Shown here piece after piece: positions 48,357-64,000 of a stretch of DNA of 64,000 bases. Source of the DNA: the human T2T-CHM13v2.0 reference genome, Homo sapiens. The position numbers and the translations under genes were made by a program. The stretch lies in the NCBI RefSeq assembly GCF_009914755.1, contig NC_060931.1. One strand, given 5' to 3'. Numbering within the stretch: position 1 is the stretch's first letter; each line of letters starts with the position of its first letter. The notes beneath the pieces are model-generated. The model was not told where the DNA came from, did no database searches, and saw only the letters and a program-made list of their open reading frames with translations.

Positions 48357-48969
48357 TAGCACATGAATTTCCTATCAACAATGTGGAAGATCTATGTAGG
48401 TCTCAAATTACCTGCTATTTATTTTCTGTTAATTACTCACCTGAGACCACTGATTGAGAAGAATTTTTTAAAAAGCATGGCCAAAATTCTCCTCTAGCCA
48501 AAGTTCTATCCTCATGCCAAGTCATAAAAACTAGCAAATAACACACCTGTGATAGACTTCTTCAAGCTACCTATGAGAAAACCTCAACAAATCATGGCTT
48601 AACCATCTTCCTTTGGCACTTTTCAAGGCTATATTTGAGAAATTTTCATATAAAAGTGTTCCAATATCTCGAAATTAAATATAATAAATCTACTATATTA
48701 GTTGAATATCTATGATGGATAAATTCAGTTTAGAATTTAATAATAGGAAAGGCATTTTTAAAGTTGGTATATTTAATTTCACAGATAATAAAGCCTAGCT
48801 CAGTTTTTATATTTTCTCTTTTTTATCCTGGCTTCCAGGGTACTCAGGACTATGTTTTGGGATCAATTGCAGTAGTTTTGCTAAACCTAAGTTTTATGAC
48901 ACAGCTATAATCCACCTATTGGTTGGCTCATATTCTTTTGCTATCTTTTAGTGGTTATCCAGCATTTTA

Positions 48970-49356
<387 letters not shown>

Positions 49357-49664
49357 CTAGGAATTTGGTAGAGTATAGTTAGTGGTGGTGAGAAAATGAA
49401 CTGCCACAGAAAAGGGGAAAGCACAGATAGAGAGTAAAGGAAACTTCTGTTTTAGAGGAAAAGTGGGAAGAAATAATCTGACTTATGCAGCCCACTTATT
49501 TCCTGAAATGGATTCGGGTTTGTACCCTCTCTGGATACTGAGCAGATCTACTGCCCCTTTGGACAAACTGTTAGTAACCTTTCAACAGAAAGAGAGGGAG
49601 ATAAGATGTGATTCATTTTAATTTAAGAAGAATAAAAAATTAAGGCTACCTCTGTACATGAAAC

Positions 49665-49955
49665 TTTTTTTTTTTTTTTTTTGAGACAGGGTTTTATTCT
49701 GTCACCCAAGCTGGAATGCAGTGGCATGATCATGGCTCACTGCAGCCTCAACCTCCCTGGGCTCAGGTGATCCTCCCGCCTCAGCCTCCCAAGTAGCTGG
49801 GACTGCAGGCACGCACCACCATGCCCGGCTAATTTTTGTAGACATGGGCCTTTGCCAGTTGCCCAGGCTGGTCTCAAATTCCTGGGCTCAAGTGATTCAC
49901 ATCCCCCGGCCTCCCAAAGTGCTGGGATTACAGGCATGAGCCACCATGCCTGGCC
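49665..49955 (-). mobile_element. AluJ SINE
   Basis: TSD CTGTACA(T/C)GAAA on both flanks. Confidence 0.92.
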
Positions 49956-50485
49956 TGTACACGAAATTTTAATGGTGTATGTTTGTTGCTTGCCTGCTTC
50001 TTTGGGGGAAATGTTTTTCTTTTCTCTTTCCTCCTTTCATTCCATGGTTTGTTCCTAGGCTTGTCATTTCCAAGTACTGTAGAGATCACGAGCTCAGATG
50101 TGTTCAGCAGAGACCCCCCTCATCAACCCATCAGTCCCCTGCACTGCCTTCTGTGCTAAAACTCCTCTCTCTGTCTTATGATTCCCAGGTCAGAGTGAAT
50201 TGGCTGGGTGGCAAGTGTCTCTGATGTCCCTTCAACAACTTCAGCTGCGGGGCTGGGCTCTTGCCAGTCAACAAACAGGGTGTCAGGGTCAGCTGTTTAA
50301 GCTGAAGAGATTGATCCTGTTTAAATAAAATCTGATGGGGTGACTACCACAAGACTTTCAGGTGCTCTGACAGGGAAGGGTCACACCAGGAGAGAAAAAT
50401 CAGATCACAGTCTGAAGCGAAAGTTATATGCTGGCAGCTTTAGACCTCACTGACTACAGAAAGGGATCTCAAACACAAGTTTAGG

Positions 50486-50809
<324 letters not shown>

Positions 50810-51423
50810 TTAAGGGAAATATTACAACAAAATTTTTAAAATTTTGGCTAACAAACCAACTTTGTAGTATGATCATAATATCATATAAACGTAAAGATAC
50901 CCACAGTAATCAAATTCAGGTTATATTAAGTGACAGTTAATGAAACTTTTAAAAACTGAATGCAACATTGCATGGGTATGTGCAAATGTTCATCCTCCTG
51001 GAAAATGGAGTTATATTTTCATCATCACATTTTCAGAGGTCAACAATCGAAAAATGGTCCAGAACCTCTCACTGATTTGATCCAATGCCCTAATTTCCTA
51101 GAGACCATCCAATCAAAACTAACTCAAGCAGAGCTGCCAGGTGAGGGATTAGGAAAGATCAATTGCAGGAAAGAAACTTTTCTAATGAGGTTTTTTTTTG
51201 TTTGTTTGTTTTTTGTTTTAAGTTCTATAGCTTGCAAGGCTAAAAGCATTGTATAAGGACAGAGAAGGCCTCAAGTCTCCACTCTTCAACCTCACCACTG
51301 CCCCCTACATTTCAACAGATGACATTATCTCTTACTCTAAAAGAAAATAAAGGTCATCAGACTGAACATTTAGCAACTTCCTGCATCTGCACTGAGTTTT
51401 CCTCCTTCCATTCTCGTTCAGTT

Positions 51424-51884
51424 GGTTGAAAGCAAAGCTTGGAGTCACAAAGAAAACGAGCACTCAAACAAAAGATTTCTTAGCAAGGCAAATTTACTTC
51501 TGTGGAAGGGTGCTTCTCGCAGGACTGGTTCCCAAGAAAGCACGCCAAACAAAAGAGGGAAAGGGTTTTTTTTTATTCCTAATGCATCTTGTCCCTACGA
51601 CTGTGTCCTGTCTCTGTTGGCTGTAGTTGGACTGCATAATCTAAACTGAACCCGACTGGCTAACTTGAAAGACAGCTTTGGCAGGAAGAGCTGTCACAGT
51701 GGGAGGGGTAAATTACAGAGTGAGTAGCAGATGTGGGCTCTATAGAAAAGGACCAGTGGGAGAGTTGTTTACTGGAACTAGGAGCAGGGAGGCACAAAGG
51801 ATAAGGAAGTTGGACCTTGAAAGTAGAGAGCAAAGAAACTTAACAAACTAAACCTTTGAAGAGGAACTTCTCTTGGATCTGACA
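51424..51884 (-). mobile_element. ERV1 solo LTR, LTR10-like
   Basis: Minus strand begins TGTCAGAT...AAGTTCCTCTTCAAAGGTT; TSD AGTT at 51420-51423 and 51885-51888; family assignment from memory. Confidence 0.6.
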
Positions 51885-52409
51885 AGTTGAAAAGAGGCTT
51901 CTCCTTTGTGCGAGGCTACTTTCTCCTTCTTTCTTCTGGGTCTCATTCCCTCCAGCATCCTCGGGGAACCTCACTCCAATTACTATTCTTTCTCTTCCAG
52001 CAGCGTCAATCTCTCCTGCTCTACTTACTCCTTAACACAATTCTCTAATCTTTAAGAAAATTCTCTACTTCAGACTTGGCAGTAATCATCTTAACCAAGT
52101 GGTCAAGCTTGGCATCCCCCAAAGTGGGATGGCCTGATATGATGTGCCTCCTAAGGTAATATAATTGGAGAAACATAGGCTCACTTTTGTGGAGTTCTTA
52201 CAAGACATATGTGACCCAAAATTTATGGCAAGGAAACAGATAAACACAGATTGTGGGATATTCCATTGAACAACTAGCCTAGACTCTTCAAAGGATTCAA
52301 TGAGATGAAAAATAGAGGGGAGCATTGGTGGAAACTAAAGAGGCATAACTGCCAAATGCAAGGTGTGAATCTTGATTGGATTCTGGATAAAAAATAAATA
52401 CTAGGCCAG

Positions 52410-53490
52410 GTGCATGTCTCAATAGTTAACTCCTTTATGTTGCTGAGTAGTGTGCCATTGTATAGATACACTACAATGTGTCTAATTACTCATCTGTTGA
52501 TGAACATTTGGGTTGTTTCCAGCTTGAGACTGTGACAAATAAGTCTGCTATCTACATGTATCTACAAATATTTGGATCGACATACATTTCCATTTTTTAA
52601 AAATAAATAATTAGCAACCAGTGGCTGGGTCACATGATAGATGAATTTAACTTTTGTAAAAACTGCCAAACTGTCTTCCAAGGGAGTTGTACCATTTTAC
52701 ATTCCCACCAGTAGTGTATGTAATATATGAAAGTGCCAGTTACTTCACATGCTCTCCAACATGTGGGATGATTAGTCTCTTAATTTTAGCCATTATAATG
52801 GGAGTGCAGTGGCATCTCACCGTTGTTTTAACTTGCATTTCCCTAATGACTGATATTAAGCATTTTTATGTAATTATTTGCCTTGTAAATATTTTCTTTG
52901 GTGAAGAGACTTCTCAAATCTCTTTTTCCTGTTTTTAAATACAATTGTTAATTTTCTTATTGACTTTTGAGAATTCTTTATATATTGTATATTTAAATTC
53001 TTTACCAGATAAGTGATTTTAAAATATTTTTTCCCAGTCTGTGGTTTGTCTTTTAAGTTTCTTAACAACGTCTAAGTTCTTAATTTTGATGAAATCCAAT
53101 GTATTCATTTTATCTAGTTATGCTTTGTGTTTTGGGTATTTTTCATAGGAAATCTTTATGTAAAGTCACAGATGTTTTCTTCTATGCTTACTTCCAGAAG
53201 TTTTACAGTTAGGTCTAAAATCCATTTTGAGTTAGTTTTTCATATGGTATAAGATATGGATCAAAGTTTATTTTTTGCATATTGTCCAATTGTTTCAATA
53301 CTTTGTTGAAAAGACTATCTCTATTCCATTGAATTGCTTTTTACCTTGGTGGAAAATCAATTGGCCACATATGTGTGCATATATTTCTGGACTCTCTAAT
53401 CTGTTTCATTGATCTATTTTTCTATTTTTATTGCCAATATCACACTGTCTTGATTACTGTATCTTTATAGTAAGTCTTGAAATTAGGTGT
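52410..53490 (-). mobile_element. Old L1M ORF2/3' fragment
   Basis: TGTTGATGAACATTTGGGTTGTTTCCAG, TTGTACCATTTTACATTCCCACCAG, TCCATTTTGAGTTAGTTTTT, TGTCTTGATTACTGTA. Confidence 0.8.
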
Positions 53491-53934
53491 GGTATAAGTT
53501 CAAAAGTGAACATATTATCTTTTTAGTCTTATTCCTGTCTTTATCTCAATGAATGGTGGTGCCATTCGTTCATGCCAGAAACCCAGCATCATCTTGGACT
53601 TCTTCACCTCCTACATTTCATCAATAACCAGTACTTACTTTTCTCCATCCTTATTGTAACTACTCTGAGCTACTTTTTTATTACACATTCAATCTCTCTC
53701 TCTTTCTCTTTCTCTCTCTCTCCCTCACCAAGCTTTCATGGGGCTCAATAAATGTTGGTTGAGTGAACTACTTAATTAGTTAACTTATCACCTGGATTTC
53801 TGCCACATATACAAATAAATCTTTTAACTGGTTTTCTCCAGTCTTGGATCATCCAATACATTCTCCACGATACAGCTGGAATAATTTTTCTAAGCAAATC
53901 TGACCAAATGCATTTCCTTTTAAAACCTCTTCAA

Positions 53935-58100
<4,166 letters not shown>

Positions 58101-58724
58101 ATAAAACTCCTTCTATGGCTCCTCATGACCCTGAAGATAGTATCCAAATTTCTTAGATTGATTTTCACTGCTCTTTTGACCTGGCCCATACTTAGTTCCT
58201 TAGCCCCAATTTTCATCACATCCATCTTTAACCTGACGTTCCATATCCTCTTTCACCTTTTGATCTTCGCTCATAGTGTTTGCTTACTTGTACCAATGTT
58301 TTACTCTACCTATCTCCTCTTCCTTTCCATCAAGTTAATGCCTACTCATCCTTATGTTTCAGCTGAGATGTCTTCTCTGAATTCACCACACCTGCGTTAA
58401 ATGTTTTTCACAGTCGTGCTCAGAGAGCCAGGTATTTCCACCTATCACAACATATTATAGGTATCCATATCCACAGAGGGCTCTGTAGCAGTGGGGAATG
58501 CTACTATCTTGATCCTTGTATCTACAGCAGTTCCTGGCACCTAGTGGGGTGGGTGCCAGATATTCAAATATCTGTTGAATAAATGTTGCATACTCTGACC
58601 CTCATGATTCTAACTATGTATATATTTGAAGGATTCACATTATTTCAAATGTATTTTTCTGTATTAACAGATTTACAACTCTTGAACTGTCCAACTTAAG
58701 GCCTTTGAAAATGGTTTTTGTTGT

Positions 58725-59032
58725 TGTTGTTTTGGGTTTTTTTTTTTGAGACAGAGTTTCGATCTTGTTGCCCAGGCTGGAGTGCAATGGTGTGGTCTCA
58801 GCTCAATGAAACCTCTGCCTCCGGGGTTCAAGCGATTCCCCTGCCTCAGCCTCCCAAGTAGCTGGGATTACAAGTACCCACCACCACGCCTAGCTAATTT
58901 TTGTATTTTATTTAGTAGAGATGGGGTTTCACCATTTGGCCAGGCTGGTCTCCAACTCCCGACCTCAGGTAATCCACCCGCCTCAGCCTTCCAAAGTGCT
59001 AGGATTACAGGCATGGGCCACCACACCTGGCC
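58725..59032 (-). mobile_element. AluSq/Sp-like SINE
   Basis: Dimeric Alu on minus strand. Confidence 0.92.
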
Positions 59033-59087
59033 AAAAATGTTTAATTTTGATATACATGAAGTACTTTTAAGGAAATCAAAATCTAAG

Positions 59088-59230
59088 CCAGTACTTCTTA
59101 CATTTTGGTGTGCACAGAATCACATGGAGAACTTCTGAGAATTCCAGATTCCTGGATGCTGTTCCTGGAGTTTCTGCTTCAGCCTATCTGGGAATGGGTC
59201 AAGAAGCCTACACTTTTAGTAAGCACTGTA
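59088..59230. mobile_element. MER5-like hAT fragment
   Basis: CAGTACTTCT...CAGAATCACATGGAGAACTT...CAGATTCCTGG. Confidence 0.6.
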
Positions 59231-59470
59231 TTAATCAAGTTGTCCTGGTTGCCATAACAACACTGGTCCCCCTAACCTCAGATGGTGAACACAATAAAAG
59301 GTTCATTTCTTGCTTATATCCCAATCCAAACGGATTGGCAGCCTTCCATGCAGAAGTTCAGGGACCTAGGCTTCTCACATTTTAAGGTTATGGCATTTTC
59401 TCGGGACTTGAAGTACTACATGGAAAAACTCTGTCTTCAACCAAAAAATGAAGGAAGATTGAGAATGTGA

Positions 59471-59837
<367 letters not shown>

Positions 59838-61722
59838 TAATCCCATGATATGTTCAGGTAGAACAGAAAAGGCTTGGACATTGGTGAGCACTAGCATTCC
59901 ATGTCTCTTGTGTCCTTTATTTCAGATGTGCTAATCCATTGTCAATAGTTGGAAAACATCCTGGTATGTGGTAAACCACAGTTCACTTCTTACAAATTCT
60001 GAACATTATCATTCATAGCTTGATATATCTTCCCAAGACGTGATTCGAAAATGTCTTTGTAATTTCTCTTTAATTCTTATTTTAAAGTCAGATAACATGT
60101 CAGATGGGCTCTGTAGTCTGCCTTAGGGTGAAAAGTTGTTTTCGTAGCTTCCATCAACTATTGGCTATTGCTTTAACTTAAAGAATCGTTTCAGTGACTC
60201 CCTTTCTTCACAGCTTCTGCTGAAGTAGTTTCTCTTAAGTTTCAGGTCTGATCATCGATTCTTCCCACACAGCAGGAAAGGAGGCGATTATGACCAGGTA
60301 AGGCATTTCAGCCCTTCAGCAGAAACCTCTTGGTAATTAATTCTATTTCTAGGTCTCTCTTCACTTGAGTGCTTTTACATCTTTGCGTTTTATTTTTCTT
60401 TTATGTTAGAGCTCACTCCAAGTTATAACCATTTGATCAATATTTTATTTTGCACATAAATGATTTTCCTCAGTAACTTCTCAGCAACTTACAACTTTTA
60501 TAAACTGCCTTCTTAAGTAAACTGCTTTCTGAGAAAGATTACATAAGAAAATAGTTTGTAAAGATTATAAGTTGTAAAAGAGTGCTAATAAAAATTATTA
60601 TGAGCAAATTGTGTTTTTGCTTGCAGAATTCATATTTGGAATAGCATTTTAGCACCAAAACAAACCTGTTTAAAGGAGATTTTAAATGTTTTTCAGGATT
60701 CAATGGCTGCAGTAATTATATGAATTATTTGGATGATTGGAAGTGGGGGTGTAGGGGAGAGAAAGTGTTTCTTCAGCTTTAAACATGCAGAGTCCATCTT
60801 CACCTCCATTTTCTGCATTGGGGAAAGAGAGTTATAGGTGAAACCTAGGAGATCATTATTCTGAGATGCTGAAGAATCACTGAGGGGAAGAAGGGGAAGA
60901 AAATTTGAAAGCCTCTGGCTGAGTTTCTAATCAATTCATTATGCCATCATGAGTTTTCAAATTGCTCTTCTTACAATCTTGAATATCTTTGATTCCGTCA
61001 CTCCCCTACTTCCTGCCTCAGTTTTGCCACTTTATGGGCCAAAATGTCCTGCACTAATCTACGAACTTAGAGAATCACAGATCAGAGAAATTATGCCAGA
61101 TCTGAACGTCTCCTTGAATTCTGTTTTTTAAAATAGTAAAATGAAAGATTGATAAAAATATTGTTGGCGAGATGAGGCTCTGTCTCCATTTATTAAAGGC
61201 ATCGTTCTCACTCCCAGACCTTTCTCAAATGGCCAGGGAGAAGGGTCGAGAAGAGACTCAGCCTCCTTCCAAATAAGTAAATGTTAGCTCTTCTAATGCA
61301 ATCTAAAGTTCAAAGGATAAGCAAGGAGAACACATCTGGGACACAGTGGCAAGGGCTCTGTACACATTTCCAAGAATGAAATTCCCTTAAGCCTTGAGAG
61401 AGGCAGAGCCTGATAAGCAGTGGCCTTTCCCTCTCACTGCCCGGCTTCTCTCTCACTGCCATTCTAAACACTGGCAGATGCAAGTTTTGATAGTGTTTCA
61501 GTTTAATATTTCCCAAGCTCTGACTCTGTGGATCTCACTGGGACTGGGTGACAGGGTCTCAGTATTTTGATCCTGGCTATGTGGAGTGAATTCTGGAAGG
61601 AGCTTAGTTAGGATGGTGGAAATAGCCCTAATCTAAAAAGTTCTACATCATCCTGCATCACTGATCCTAAGGTCTAGGAGCTTAACTTCTTTCTGCCTCT
61701 ACTTCCACGTTGAAAAACTTAG

Positions 61723-62050
<328 letters not shown>

Positions 62051-62160
62051 CTAAGGTTGTGTCAAAAGATGACAAGAGGACAAGAAGCTTTGAATATCTT
62101 ATAGGAAGAATTTACTATGGCTTATATGCCATGCCAGACATATCACTAAGTTTAGATTAC

Positions 62161-62530
62161 TTTTTTAAAAAGATAATTTCAACTTTTATTTTAGATTTGG
62201 GGGTATATGAGCAGGTTTGTTACATGGGAATAGTGCATGATGCTGAGGTTTGAAGTACGATTCATGCCATCACCCAGGTAGTGAGCATAGTACCCAGTAG
62301 TTAGATTTTTCAACCTTTGCCCCACTTCCTCCCTCCTCCCTCTAGTAGTTCCTAGCGTCTATTGTTCCCATTTTTATGTCTCTGAGTAGCCAATGTTTAG
62401 CTCTCACTTATAAGTGAGAACATGCGGTATTTAGTTTTCTGTTCCTCCATTAATTCACTTAGGATAATGGCCTCCAGCTGCATCCATGTTGCTGCAAATT
62501 ACATAATTTTATTCTTTTTTATGGCTGCAC
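62161..62530 (-). mobile_element. L1PA15/16-like 3' end
   Basis: TTTCAACTTTTATTTTAGATT, CATCACCCAGGTAGTGAGCATAGTACCC, CACTTATAAGTGAGAACATGCGGTATTT; TTAGATTAC on both flanks. Confidence 0.82.
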
Positions 62531-62540
62531 TTAGATTACA

Positions 62541-62566
62541 GATCTAATACAGATCTGTATTAGATC
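62541..62566. repeat. Perfect 26-bp palindrome GATCTAATACAGATCTGTATTAGATC
   Basis: Read directly; 13-bp arms, no spacer. Confidence 0.97.
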
Positions 62567-62759
62567 AAATACAGAAAGTAGCTAATATTAATGCTATATC
62601 TCATGTAAACTTCAGGGGTTAATTAACTGTGGCAAATACTGTATCGTTCATTAGAATTAGCATAATTACAGTCCCTCTTAAAATTTGTTTAATTGAATTT
62701 TTTAAAAATACCCTTTTCAATAATTTTTCTTTTCTTTTTTTCTTTCTTTTTTTTTGCCT

Positions 62760-63485
62760 TCAGACAATACCAATTTATTATCTTTCAGTTCTGGGGGTTG
62801 GAAGTCCAAAGTGGGTCTTACTGGGCTAAAGTCCTGCGCTCCTTCTGGAGGCTCTAGGGGAGAATCTGTTGCCTTGTCTTATCCAGCTTCTAGAGGCCAC
62901 CATATTTGTTGGCTCAGGCCCCTTTCCTTCATCTCCAAAGTCAGCAATGTCAAGCCAAATCCTTCTGACACTGCCATCTCTCTTGTTCTCTCTTCTGCCT
63001 CCCTCTTCCACTTACAAAGACCTTTCAAGGTTTGAATGTTTGCCTCCTCCAAAACTCATGTTGGAACTTGATCTTCTATGTACAGTATTATAACGTGGGG
63101 CCTCTGGGAAGCAATTGGATCATGAGGGCTCTTTCTTCATGAATGGATTAGTCCATTCATGAATTAATGGATTCATTGGTTATCATAGGTGTGGATTAGT
63201 TAGTTATCATGAGAGTGAGTCTATTATGAAAAATAGCTTGGTTCTCAGTGCACACCCTCACTTTGTGATGCCTTCTGCCATGTTATGACAGAGCACAAGG
63301 CTCTTACTAAAAGGTGATGAGATTCAACTGCCCAATCTTGGACTTTCCAGCCTCCAGAACTGTCAGACATGAACCTCTTTTCTTTATAAATTACCCAGTC
63401 TCAGGTATTCTAATGCAGCAACAGAAAATGGACTAAGACAGGACCCTTGCAATTATATTGGGCCCACCCAGATAATCCACCTATC
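62760..63485 (-). mobile_element. MLT1 (C/D-like) LTR fragment split by an MST LTR
   Basis: CAGTTCTGGGGGTTGGAAGTCCAA, GGAGGCTCTAGGGGAGAATCTG, ATTGGGCCCACCCAGATAATCC. Confidence 0.75.
63023..63440 (+). mobile_element. MST-family (ERVL-MaLR) solo LTR
   Basis: GGTTTGAATG...CCAAAACTCATGTTG start, TAAATTACCCAGTCTCAGGTATTC...GGACTAAGACA end; 5-bp TSD (A/G)GACC. Confidence 0.82.
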
Positions 63486-63554
63486 TTTTTTTAATTAAAA
63501 ACTTAAAAAATTGTGGTAAAATACACATAACATAAAATTCAGCATCTTTCTTAA

Positions 63555-63685
63555 GCTAGGGGTGGTGGCATGTGCCTGCAGTCCCAGTTACTTGAGAGTC
63601 TGAGGTGGGAGGATTGCTTCAGCACAGGAATTTGAGACCAGCCTGGGCAACACAGCCAGAACCTGTCTCTAAAACAAAACAAAAA
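63555..63685 (+). mobile_element. FLAM_A-like Alu monomer inside an antisense L1MB 3' end
   Basis: Single monomer with A-rich tail; flanks TTGTGGTAAAATACACATAACATAAAATT and AAGTGTACAGTTTAGTAGTGTTAAGTAC. Confidence 0.75.
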
Positions 63686-63739
63686 TCTTAACCATGTTTA
63701 AGTGTACAGTTTAGTAGTGTTAAGTACGTTGTTATGCCT

Positions 63740-64000
63740 TTTAGATAATTATTGCGTTAAAAAGGAAATTCAAGTCCATTTAAAATATCACTTGAATATT
63801 CAAAACACCTTTCTAATATTTCTTGGTTTAAAAAATCAATAATGAAATTACGTGTTATTGAAAAATGAAGGACCATAATAGCCCTATATATTAAAACTTG
63901 TTGGATGTGTCCAAGGAAAATTTAAAGCCTTAAATATATTTATTAGAAAATAAGAAAAATTAAAAATAAATGAACTAGTCATTCATCACATGAATCTTTG
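63740..64000 (+). mobile_element. Old L1M ORF2 fragment running off the window
   Basis: GGAAAATTTAAAGCCTTAAATATATTTATTAGAAAA...AAAATAAATGAACTA. Confidence 0.6.

Overview
Great-ape (most likely human) nuclear DNA: an SVA element with C/D-type diagnostic sequence restricts it to hominids. The window is repeat-dense and intronic or intergenic, and I see no intact protein-coding gene. Main contents: a near full-length ST13 (Hip, Hsc70-interacting protein) processed pseudogene on the minus strand (11391-13995) with frameshifts, stops and a 15-bp TSD; a full-length SVA with a 19-bp TSD (20321-21774); a 4.1-kb 5'-truncated L1PA8-like LINE with a nested AluY; about 34 Alu/FLAM/FAM copies; solo LTRs (MER52, LTR10-like, MLT1/MLT2/MST, LTR33-like); hAT DNA-transposon fossils (MER1A, MER1B, MER58, MER33, MER5); and old L1M/L2/MIR fragments. 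Almost all supplied ORFs are repeat-derived. The structure least explained by standard annotation is a recurring set of short local templated copies and fold-back scars: two perfect 26-bp palindromes, a snap-back product 1.8 kb from its apparent template, 120-250 bp local duplications with flanking direct repeats, and a hairpin-capped inverted-Alu junction. These resemble fossil germline break-repair events (polymerase-theta-type or template switching). That mechanism is inference; I found no evidence of a novel coding system. Repeat subfamily calls come from remembered consensus sequences and need RepeatMasker/Dfam confirmation.
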